Shown: piece by piece, positions 26,787-38,459 of the stretch
Layout: the number at the start of each line of letters is the position of its first letter
Numbering within the stretch: the first letter of the stretch is position 1
Assembly: GCA_051294375.1 (NCBI GenBank)
Contig: CM119263.1
Coordinates: 24,099,657-24,163,656 of the forward strand
Origin: Paraspadella gotoi
Lineage: Eukaryota > Animalia > Chaetognatha
Length of the DNA stretch: 64,000 nt
Reading direction: 5' to 3'
Translations under genes and position numbers: made by a program
Notes under the pieces: generated by a model
Seen by the model: only the letters and a program-made list of their open reading frames with translations
Told to the model about the DNA's origin: nothing
The model's database searches: none

Positions 26787-28537
26787 GAGAAGAGAGAGAG
26801 AGAAGAGAAAGAGAAGACTGAATAAAATGGTGAGGACGAGCGGGGTTAAAGTATCTGTACGTGTAGGGTAAGAGTAAATGGTTTTGGTGTAGTTTTTTTG
26901 ACGATCTGATGACGGCCGAGAAAGGGTTGCTCACTGGGTGGGGGGTGAAGTAAGAGAAGAAGTAAACCATCTTGACTCCTTGACTCTCGACGCCACTTAT
27001 GTTTTTTCGCTTTGGGTTTTTCTCTTTGTTTGTCTCCTTTGTTTTGGACGCCCACGTCATTTCGCGACGACCGATGACGTGGCGCCCCCTAACGAGTTTT
27101 TTCGTCGAAGCCTCTTTTTCTTTTCTTTTTTTAAACTCACCTTGAACGTTTAAAACTGTTACTGTTTAACTGTCGATGTAAAGTGAATATTGAAATGAGT
27201 CGGTCAAATATCGTCCGTCGATTTCGAATCGGATTCTCAGTTCAACATCGATGTCACAGATGGCGAAAGACGCGACGCCGATGAGAATACAAACGGTTTT
27301 TTGGCGACGAGAAGGCCGAAGACGACGCCGACGCCGACGCCGAAAGCGACGCCGCTAACGTCATCGTTACAAATCGTCGATGACGAACGAGTCTCTCCTT
27401 TGACGTCATGCTCGTCAAAACGGAAGCGACAAATCGAAATGGGTGCGGTAAGATGGGATCGATGGAACAGATGGCATCTGAAAATGGTATAGTGTCGCTG
27501 CGATCCAACTTTTTTGTCGTCTGTGAAGAGAAGTGAGGAGTCGGCGAGTGGGCGCGGCGGATTTTGATGGACGACGATGATTGTGTGAAAAATGAACAGC
27601 GTTGTATTTGTATGGAATGTGAAATACGAAAATAAAAAGGTCCAAAAAAGTTTTCAGAAAAAAAATGGTCGCCGTGACGGAAAAAAATCTGAAAGACGTG
27701 ACCTGCCATGAATCTTCGCGCGCTCGGCAAGTCGTCATGACCCTTCTTTTTTTTTGACCATCCATAAGTCAACCCTTTTTTCTATGGGATTTTTTTCCCA
27801 TTTTTCGTTTTAGGGTTTTTTTTTGGGTGTCCATTTTTTTCAGTTTGACGGATTCGTTGTCGGGGTGGGATGGGGAATGTATGTTGGGAGAAGGGAGGGA
27901 GGGGCGGGGATNNNNNNNNNNNNNNNNNNNNNNNNNTTCACTCACACAAACAAAGAGGAGTGCAATCGCACCCACAAAAATCCCCCGTTACCTCTGGTTC
28001 CAAAGAGAGACGATCTCAAACCCCCCAGAGGAGATTCTTCCTCCTCCACATCCGCCCCATTCCGCCCCTACTCTTCTTTTCATTCCCTCTGACGTGATTG
28101 ACGTTCGACGTCGCGAGACACGAATATAAAAAAAAAAAAAAAAAGTGGACGTGAAAACCCGGAAACGGGAGACGCGGTTTGTTGGCGCTGGAGGACCGCG
28201 CCCCGTCGCACGCCGCTCCGACGCCTCGACGCAGAAGTCAATAACATCTGGAAACGTCCGTCCCCAATTTTTATTTTCTTNNNNNNNNNNNNNNNNNNNN
28301 NNNNNTTTTTTTTTTTATTTAATGTTTTTTTAAGTCGATATTTTTATTTTGGCTTGGATGTTTTTTGGGGGGAAGGAAATGACAACGGAGAGAGAGCTTT
28401 TGAAGTAGGAAAGGTTATTCACTTATTTAAAAAAGTGTACATCTGGGCGTTCGAACTTTACAATATTTTAAACAACCCATCAATACAAAACTAGTAGCGA
28501 TTACTCTTGCGTTTAAATAAAGGACAAGTAAGCTTAG

Positions 28538-28630
<93 letters not shown>

Positions 28631-29680
28631 AAGACGTGAATAAAATGGGTGAGGACGAGCGGGGTTTAAAGTATCTGTACTGTAGGGTAAGAGTAAATGG
28701 TTTTGGTGTAGTTTTTTGACGATCTGATGACGGCCGAGAAAGGGTTGCTCACTGGGTGGGGGGTGAAGAAAGAGAAGAAGTAAACCATCTTGACTCCTTG
28801 ACTCTCGACGCACTTATGTTTTTTTCGCTTTGCGTTTTTCTCTTTGTTTTGCTCCTTTGTTTTGGACGCCCACGTCATTTCGCGACGACCGATGACGTGG
28901 CGCCACCTAACGAGTTTTTTCGTCGAAGCCTCTTTTTCTTTTCTTTTTTTAAACTCACCTTGAACGTTTAAAACTGTTACTGTTTAACTGTCGATGTAAA
29001 GTGAAATATTGAAAATGAGTCGGTCAAATATCGTCGTCGATTCGAATCGGATTCTCAGTTCAACATTCGATGTCACAGATGGCGAAAGACGCGACGCCGA
29101 CGAGAATACAAACGGTTTTTTGTGGCGACGAGAAGGCCGAAGACGACGCCGACGCCGACGCCGAAGCCGACGCCGCTAACGTCATCGTTACAAATCGTCG
29201 AGACGAACGAGTCTCTCTTTGACGTCATGCTCGTCGAAACGGAAGCGACAAATCGAAATGGATGGGTACAGATGGGATCGATGGGAACAGATGGCATCTG
29301 AATGGTATAGATGTCGCTGCGATCCAACTTTTTTGTCGTCTGTGAAGAAGAAGTGAGGAGTCGGCGAGTGGGCGCGGCGGATTTTTGATGGACGACGATG
29401 ATGTGTGAAAAAATGAACAGCGTTGTATTTTGTATGGAAATGTGAAAATACGAAAATAAAAAGGTCCAAAAAAGTTTCAGAAAAAAAATGGTCGCCGTGA
29501 CGGAAAAAATCTGAAAGACGTGACCTGCATGAATCTTCGCGCGCTCGGCAAGTCGTCATGACCCTTCTTTTTTTTTGACCATCCATAAGTCAACCCCTTT
29601 TTTTCTATGGGATTTTTTTCCCATTTTTCGTTTTAGGGGATTTTTTTTTGTCATTTTTCAGTTTGAAGGATTCGTTGTCG
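26096..29680 (+). repeat. ~1.75-kb direct duplication (26096-27862 and 27937-29680) across 25-N gaps; likely assembly artefact or allelic haplotigs
   Basis: Copies are collinear with scattered indels; 25-N gaps at 27912-27936 and 28281-28305. Confidence 0.85.
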
Positions 29681-32239
29681 AATACGAATTATAGCTTTAG
29701 TCGTTGCTCCCCTTGCCTGCCCAATCTGAGGGGGGATACTGAATGATCACCGTGTATGTTTGAATCATGATTACCCAAACGATAGTGAACAATGAGAAAA
29801 GCAATAGAGGTCGTGAACACTAGGCCGACCGACCGACCGTCACGAAAAGTAGGGAAACGAGGTGAGCGAAGAACAAAATACGCAGCACAATTACTTCCAA
29901 CGGTAAAAAAAAATGTGGCGTCGCTACCCTGCGCTTCGCTCCGTCGCGCAGGAAATGATGCAATTGAGTGATAATGACCCATTAGCTCCAGTGGTTCTTT
30001 TATTAAAGGGCAATTTGAAAAAAAAAAAATTCATCGGGGAATCGGGAGAGAAAAAAAATAATCGAAATGCTATTGAAAACACTCGGTGAATGTGATCAAG
30101 TGAATCAGTGAAAGATAAAAAAAAAGTAGAATTTCATTTCTGCACGAACAAAAAAAAATATGTTTTGCTCTTTACAGTGAGATTCATTTCGAAATGCATG
30201 GAACATTGGAACTACGTAAAAGAGAATATTTTTTTATTGTTGGTTCGCTCTCTGTATGAAACCAAGGTTTCGCTCGCAATACCCGTTCTCGTTTTTGCGG
30301 GATTCAGACCGTGAATAGCGACATCAAAGACAAACAGAATCTCTACTTCCGGTCGTTGAGCGATTTGGCCGAGAGGAGCCGCTGCCATTGTTGTCCTTTC
30401 ATACGAAGTGGATCACCCTGGATTACAAAAGAAAAAGTAGTTGTCGTCGATGTGTGTGTTTGCGTACGCAGCATCAAACAGTACCTCCGAACTTTTTTCC
30501 TCGTCGCCTGATGTCTCCGCCCGATCTCTCGAGTCGCGACTGATGTCATTTTTCATGTCGAATACGTCATCTTAGTATCTTCGTATGTGAATTTCAAAGA
30601 CGTGCGGGTTGTCGTCGTCATCGTCGTAGTCGTAGTCCTCGTCGTATTCTCCTTCTATGTCGTTCGACAAAGAAGAAACGTCAGTGAATATTCAAACCGG
30701 AACGCGTCGGTGAAGCGGACGACGAAGACGACGACGACGAAGACGACGACGGCTCTACGACGAACGAAACGACGATGAATAAAGACGATAGGGACGACGA
30801 TAAAGACGACAAGCTGCTCGCAAATAAGAACCTGCAATCGCTTTGGAAATCAGTTTCGCGCACCGATGGTCCGTGCAAACGCTTCGACGCTAAAACGGCA
30901 ACTCGCGCGCGTTCGGTCGTTCAATGCGCACGAATGCGTACAGGACGACATTTCGCGGACGTTTAAAGGGCGGGGGGGGGAGAGGAAACGATCTTTATTG
31001 GTGATCGGTGGCGCGACTCGCGCGTCTTAGTTTCTTAGATTATCGTCCTTTATAACTTATACTTCTCGAGTTTCTGCCTCTTGCCTGCTCTCGCAATTAA
31101 AATAGTGTATAAAACTCGGAGAATAATCTATTTTTACTTGTTTCTTCCTTATTTTTTGTTGTGTTTTTTGTATCTCAAAGGTTAAAACGGCGTACGCTCT
31201 CACTATTTCTTTGTCTTCTAGCATTTTATCTTCCATCCTCCCCCTCCGATCTTCCTCTCTTCTCTCCCGTTCCCCTCCCCCCTCCCCACTGATCCTCTCT
31301 GCCTTTGTAAGCGGATCGCGAAGAGTCGCCGAGACCGGAGTTCCGGCCGAAGCCAGAGACGGATAGCACTAGAGCCGGAGGTGACGAGGCGGAACTTCCA
31401 CATCCGGACCCGGTGACATCCGGGAGGAAAACTGGGGAACGGAAACGGGATAATACGTCCGGCGAGCGGGACGCTAAAATGGGGGAGGGAGTTACCAAGC
31501 CGAGAGAATATCGACCAATCAGAAGCTTAGAATCTCCGGCGTGACGAAACGTGGGTGAGGCTCATACGTCTCGATATACATCGAAGCGATTTTCTCGTTC
31601 TAAGGAGACCATTTTTCGTTATAGGCAGAGCTCTCTTTCTAGGTTCGCGTAGGGGGACTAATTTAATTTAATAGAGAAAATAAAAAGATCTTGCCGACTT
31701 TTTTTTTTTCTCAGCCTCAAATTCCTTGACGAATCGTTTTAATTCGAGACTCAAATTGAAAAGAGAAATGGAGCAGAGCCAAATCGTCTTGGGATGACCG
31801 AAAACCATTTTCCTTTTCCAAAAACGATTCGGATCTTTTTTCTCTCGCGGACGAAGACGAAAGGTCGCGTACGAAAAAAGACAAAAAGACTCGAGGACGA
31901 TCGTTGGCGCGGGTTTGAGCTTTTCTCCACGTAATGATTTGGCTTTGAATAGAAGTGTGCGCTGCACTGTACTGCACTGCACTGCACTGCACTTCATTGT
32001 GCAGTGTGCACACCGCAATCCGCCGTCCATAGTCTTTACTCAAAGATTGATTGTAAACGTACAAAATGAGCTTTAGCAAACGGAAAAATTATCGGATTAA
32101 TTATCAATCAACGGGTGCCAAATCGGATTGAATAAACTTTGACTGCGTTACTTGCAAATGCTGTGAGATTTAGATTCAGACTCCCGAAGTTGAACAATTA
32201 ATAAACAGTCTAACAAGCCTTTTACTTCTAAAGACTCGA

Positions 32240-32382
32240 GTGTAGCGGTAGTATTTCATACCCCGTTACTCGTCCGAGAATCAGCAGCACCTATGGCGCC
32301 GGAGGTAGCACGAGCTCCTCCGGCGCCATAGGTGCTGCTGATTCTCGGACGAGTAGTGGGGTATGAAATACTACCACTACAC
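32240..32382. repeat. Near-perfect inverted repeat (66-bp arms, 11-nt spacer); fold-back/MITE-like hairpin
   Basis: 32240-32305 is the reverse complement of 32317-32382, with 3 mismatches. Confidence 0.92.
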
Positions 32383-32750
32383 GAGCCCCGATCCCGCCAA
32401 CACCTGTTAATTTCTCAAACCCGAACCGTATTTCGTCTCCTCGCGCGAGAAAGATGGACGCCTCCGTCATCAACGGGCGAATAAAAAAAAAACCTCGTTT
32501 CTAAACGTGAGCTCGCATTTTACTACGCGGGAGGCGGAGGAGATGGATGCCGCGCCCATCTGCGAAGCCGCGGGGCGCTGGGGGTGGGGGGTGTGGCTGA
32601 CGCGGGGTTTTTTTTATACATATTCAAATCTGCGGGTGGACGAGTCAAAACGAGAATGAATCGCGACGCCGGGTTTGAAAAATGGCGGGAAAACTCGATC
32701 ATCGTTCATGCAAATTAATCTGGCTTTCGCGCCCTCTCTCTCTCTCTCTT

Positions 32751-32805
<55 letters not shown>

Positions 32806-33183
32806 CTCTCATCAAGTCCTCTCATCTCCCTGTCTCGATTTTTTTTCTCGCTTTTAATGTTTTAATGTTTTACGTCCACGTGGAGGGAACTCGGGATTTT
32901 CTGCGGAGCGAGCGGGACAAAAGATAACTACTTTTAAATTTTCAGATTGAACGAAATTGTACTGCCATACAAAGGCAGTATAGCAAACAGCTACGCGATT
33001 GTTTATGGTTCACTCTAATCTACTTTAATACACTGACGAATTCCCTTGTTATTTCCCCCAAGAATTCGTTATCCCGAAGATCTCGAACCAAAAACATCAA
33101 CAACGACAACAGCAGATCCGTTTCGTTTATTCGAGTCCCGGTTTTTATTTTCCAAACATTTCGAAATTATCAAAGTCGTAAAA

Positions 33184-33220
<37 letters not shown>

Positions 33221-33534
33221 GGAATTTTATGCCGTCGTCATCCGGAAGGAATTGCAGATTTCTGGTTAGAACCAAAGAAGTCTACGGCGGCGGCGGCGGA
33301 GGCGGAGGCGGAGGCGGCGGCGGCGGCGGAGGCGGCATTGGCGTCCGCGGCCACTACAGCAACAACATATGCAAGGTGGAGGGGTTTTATGGAGTTTCTC
33401 TCTTTTACTTCCTCTCTTTTGTCCTTTTGTTTTCTCTCTCTACCTTTTTCTCCTAACTTTCCTTTGCCCCAATCTTCATCTTTACCTCAGGTCTTTTTTT
33501 AAAACCATCTCCGTTTTCATTTCTTGAACTTTTT

Positions 33535-33607
<73 letters not shown>

Positions 33608-34122
33608 CACCCTCGGGGTCTATTTTTTTCAACGCGGTTCAGTGGCCGAGAATCCGAATTCGCCATTTTTTAAGGCGGATGTGTATCGTCATCAGTTTTT
33701 CCCTTTTCCAAAAATGTACGATCGTCGAGGACGATGACGACGACGACGACGATGACGACGACGATGCCGACTATGATCCCGACGACTACCCTGAGCGACG
33801 GCATCGACGACTAAAAAGACGAAGGACGACGACATTTGTCGTTCTCGACGCGGAAAAACCTGACCTTCAAAGCTTCTTTTCTTTTCTTCCTTCCTCTGAC
33901 AAATTCTCCAGGCTTTCCCTCTCTCTCCCCCCCTTTTTCCCTTCCCCCTTTTGCTAGTCTCTCTTTCTCTCTCTCTGCTCTCTCTCATCTCTCTCTCTCT
34001 GCTCTCTCTCTCTCTCTCTCTCTCCCCCCTCTTTTTCTTTTCAATCTCCTTTTCTCATGCCTGATCTTGAAATCCTAGGATTCAGGCGTTTCTCGTTCCA
34101 AGACGAAGTCTTCATCTGAATC

Positions 34123-34176
<54 letters not shown>

Positions 34177-35228
34177 TCTCTCTCTCTCTCTCTTTTTCTT
34201 TTCTTTTCCTTTCATGGATTCGTCTCTTAGTTGTCATGGTAACGAAATCATTTCGTGGGGAACTAAGAAGCGAAAAATTTGACTTCGGTTTCTATTTTAC
34301 TTTTTTCAACTCTGAGAAATTTTTTTTTGTCAGTTGACTTAGCTTCGTTGTAACTAAGACTTATTTTAATAAAAGTCACGCGAAAGAAGTTATTTTAACT
34401 GCAATGGGCGACAGTGAATGTTTGAGCTAAATGAAAATCCGCGACACAGTTCAAGCAACCTCCCAAACCTCGGCACTATTAGTGCATTCCTTCTCGCCCC
34501 CCCAAGCCCGACAACCTACCCCTTTTATTCTTTCCTCCAATCCCTTCCCTCTGTCTCTCTACCCCCAAGTTCTCAGCCCCCCTACGGTATTTTGGTTAAG
34601 AAGAGGGGAGAGGCCGGGAGGCGGAACTATCGTCGCAAAGACCAGGAAAAAAGGATTCGAGGAAACAGCTTCGGCAAGCATCGCCGTCCGCCGCGGCAGG
34701 GTGAGCTACTAAGCTGTGTACTAAGCGTGTGGTTGACTGCCGCGGCTGCGGCGGCGTCCTGAGGGCGGTGGTGGCGGCGGCGGCGGCGAAAAGCGTATTT
34801 TTCGTCGTGGCGCGTTTGCGGCAGCCGTTTTAATGTCAACAAAAGCGAAGGATGGTTCTAGTTTGGATTGAGAAGATTTCTATCCTCCCTTTATCGGAGA
34901 TCTCTCTCTCTCTCTCTCTATTTTTCTGTCTCTCAGCTCCGTCTCGCGGGGGAAAGAGTGGATCCCAGGGTCCATTTATTCTGTTTACTTCGTGGCTCTT
35001 TTTTCATTCCTTTTAATCTAATTTTTATTTTCATATAAATCTTTTTGTCGCTGCCGCAACGCTATGCTGCGTACGGTTTTTTTTTAAATTTTAATATTTA
35101 ATCTATTTTCCTAAAAGTGGTAAGAGATAAAACTGGTGTGGGGTGACGTAAGCGAATTTTAAAAAAATATAAAAGCCTCGTACACGTCGTCGTCTGTTAC
35201 CGTCTTCGTCATCGGTGTCGTCTCTTAG

Positions 35229-35273
35229 GGAATATTGAACTTGTCAAGAGTCGCTGTATGGATAAGGCGCAAA
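35229..35273 (+). CDS. Candidate 45-bp phase 1-1 micro-exon of the LDLa gene
   Basis: TCTCTTAG acceptor and AAA|GTGAGT donor; open as (W)NIELVKSRCMDKAQ and frame-compatible with both LDLa exons. No homology support. Confidence 0.25.
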
Positions 35274-35437
35274 GTGAGTTGAAGCCTTGTATCCCAAACT
35301 TCTTTAACCCCCTCGCTAGCAATGAAACGGGCTTTACCTACTTAAGATCTTGAGCTGATTGATGACTTACTCGATGAGCCACAACTGAGTAATTGATGTC
35401 TATAGACTGGATGAACTGTGCAGTGCACAGTGTGCAG

Positions 35438-35822
35438 TAGGGTGGAGTGATGAAAAGATTAAGCGAGGTAACAATATTTTTTTGCATCCAATGTATATGT
35501 AATTAAGGAAAATCATGCCTTTTAAAAAAAAAGTTTTAGCATAACAGTAAAGCAAATTGTATTTTTTTTGTAATAATATTCTTATAAATTTGTAAAATTT
35601 CAAATTGATTTTTAAAAAATTTTAATAACAGATTCGGATTCGTCAGAAAAAAATAAGAACTTTTATAAAATATATTATATGATATTTTAATGTTAAAGCT
35701 TTTCTGTTCCAGAAACAATATTAACAAAATAATTTTTATATTCAATAATCATACTATCTCGCGTAAAATTATTATTTTTAATTGACTCAAATTAAATTTT
35801 TGTTCTCAACTGCTCCACTCTA
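35438..35822. mobile_element. hAT-like MITE (385 bp)
   Basis: Termini TAGGGTGGAG and CTCCACTCTA (9/10 inverted match), flanking 8-mers GTGTGCAG and CTGTGCAG (7/8, TSD-like), AT-rich non-coding interior. Confidence 0.55.
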
Positions 35823-37723
35823 CTGTGCAGTGTGCATTGTGCAATTCCCCCTACTGCCTTATATTCAAACTTTCCGTCACTTCGTTTGTTTCTATAAACT
35901 TACGAAAAGTTACTCACCTTCCAAAGTATTCTCTTTTGTTATCATTTAAGTCCTCACCTTTTGCCTGCCTCCAACATCTCGAGTCCCGCCCCCCCCTCAC
36001 TCGGCCGTAACAATCCTCCATCAAATCGAGAAAATAACCCTTCCTCTTCCTCTTCTTTTTTCCTCATTCCTCCATCCTCCTCCCGCCCCCTAACCCTCGG
36101 GGGTTTTCCAACTGCGCGGTTAAAGAGATCCCAGCTCTTCTTTTTTAGTTTTTTCGAAAGAGGAAAGTTGTTACGATCTCTCTCTTTTTTTATGAGGCGA
36201 TAGGGGATCGTTTCGTGGAAGGATGCTGGTGGATTGGTGGGCGGTAGAGTGGGGAAATTTGGAGTTTTGTGGTGGTTTGGGAGAAGAGTAATTTCGCTCG
36301 AAAGACTCACATTATGGAATAAATATTTATTGGACCGCAGTACATAGACTCCTTTAATACATGAAACTGGGTTGATGTATCCGCTCGTTTTTTTGGAAGA
36401 TCCTGAGGTCGAAAAAGATCAGGGGAAGATTCGAAAAGAGGAGTTGTAGTCGCTGATCTCTTAGGATTTAACCCGGCTCAGAATTGATATTGTACAATGT
36501 ACACTAGTTTATAGCAAAGAGCCGCTCGTAGTAATTCTACGCCTCGCGAAACAGAACCCAGATAACCCTTCCGAGCCGACACACAATCGGCATTCTCTTG
36601 TCTCACGAGTTGAGGTCTGACCTTCGTCGTCGAAATATTGATTTCGGATGAAAAGAAGAATTTTGGGTCGTGAGAATGACGACGACGATGTTGACGACGA
36701 CGATGACGACGACTACGACGCTGACGACGAAGAATTGAGGATAATTTTGTCAACAAAAAACAGACGCCACTTTTTTTTTCAAATAAAAACAAACAATACC
36801 GTAAGAAAAAAACCCCACCGCCATCCGCAATGCAATTAAATAAAAAAACATTGACCCCCATTTCGGTCGACGGTAAATAAAGAAATCGGGCGAGGAAAAG
36901 TGGGCTAGAGAAACGAAGGAGGAAGAAGGAAGAAGGAAAAGGATAATGTTGATTCGAGTTTGTGCGAAAGAAGAAAGAGACTAATGGAGGAACGTGTTTG
37001 AAGAGGAGGGGGGCTGAGATGGGGGGGGGAGGCGAAGGCTTCGGTGATTCGCTCGCTTTCTCCCGCTAAAAGCTCGAGTAAACCACTCAGTAATTCCTCC
37101 TCCAAATTTAATCAGTCTCACATTTCCGGCTTTCGGGAATTTTTTTTTTTTTTTTTTTTTTTAAGTTTGGACCTTGTTGGATTTCGGCTTCACTCTTACA
37201 GAAAATTTAATAACCAACCAAGAAGCATCCCATCCATTGCACCACATTAGCTTATCTCAGCTAATCGCCATATTAACCCCGATTCTCTTTCATTCGACGC
37301 CTCCTCGACCTTCAAAGCTTCGACTTACCCACTTTCAAAATCCCCGACCACACCCAACCCCGAAAAACCGACTCACCCATCTCTTACCCTTAAACCGTCG
37401 TCGGACCGCATGATGGGCTTCTCTTGTCTCCACCTTATTGAGTTTTGGAAAGTTCGTTCCCGGGAAGGATCTCGGGGCCCTTAGCCTCCGGCGGGGGAAA
37501 GGTGAGGAAGAGTCGAAAGAAGAGGATTGGGTCGCGTGAACTGGGGTGAGGACGAGAGCAGACGACGGCGGCCGCGGGCATAAACATTGAGAATCCGATC
37601 CCAATCTCGTTTTCCAAGGCGAAAGGATTTGTCGAGGGAATTCTTTATATTCCTTACACGGAACTCGCCCTACCCGGAGGCGAAACTCCGATACTGAGAC
37701 TGAGAGGCTTCGGAAAGACTTAC

Positions 37724-37822
37724 TTCGTATTCGCGCCTCAATTCGTCAACGAAACTGTTAAGGCTTCGATGCGGACGAGACTCAGACGAGCAAGTGCGCG
37801 TATCTGAGTCAACAGTTTCCAT
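37724..37822 (-). CDS. Candidate first coding exon of a nested antisense gene
   Basis: CAACCATGG start context, 33 open codons METVDSDTRTCSSESRPHRSLNSFVDELRREYE, then a perfect GTAAGT donor in phase 0. Product not recognised. Confidence 0.3.
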
Positions 37823-38010
37823 GGTTGTATATATAACGAAAAAAATGTCTGATGATTGTTGGCCGGAAGTCTATATAATAGTATATATATCTTGCTTTTT
37901 TTTTTAAATGAGCGATTCTTTAATTTGCATCGGAAATTTTTAATTCTTAAATTTGGCTCAAATCTTACTTTCCTTGTAACGTCTTATTTCGTACATCTTT
38001 TATCATATTT

Positions 38011-38041
<31 letters not shown>

Positions 38042-38424
38042 TTCTTATCTTATCTCTTACTTCTGTCTTACTTTCCTTGTAACCCATATTACCTCATCTC
38101 TCTTCTTTTTAATCTTGTCATCGTCGCTGTTGTTAGCGTTCGTCGTCTTCCAATTCGTCGTCAACAAAACCGCGGGATCGAAAAAAAAAAGAAAAAAAAC
38201 TTTTTCCCGCCAAATTTGAGAAATTCCCTTTTTCTTTTTATTCCTTCCGTTTTTATCCGTGAAATAAAATTCCCGTCTTCCTCTCCTTTTTTTTTTAAAA
38301 TTCGAAAGAAAAAAAAACTAGAAAAATCCCATCCTCTTTCACGTCTGAAAGGAATCTCAACCACTTTGGGATAATTAGCTTTCTTCTCCACTTCTTTCGA
38401 AATTTTATCACAGCCCCATTTTTC

Positions 38425-38459
<35 letters not shown>

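Noticed and set aside
26906-26932. Other CTGATGA..GAAA hammerhead-like strings (here, its duplicate near 28724, and 52656)
   Set aside because: No workable stem II, or no stem I/III pairing.
29978-30000. tRNA/SINE A-box-like TAGCTCCAGTGG
   Set aside because: No B-box or cloverleaf downstream.
35223-35400. Minus-strand terminal exons extending the nested gene (KARFIASEGVKEVWDTRLQLTLRLIHTATLDKFNIP*)
   Set aside because: Would need a 33-nt intron and a poor acceptor, and two frames are equally open.
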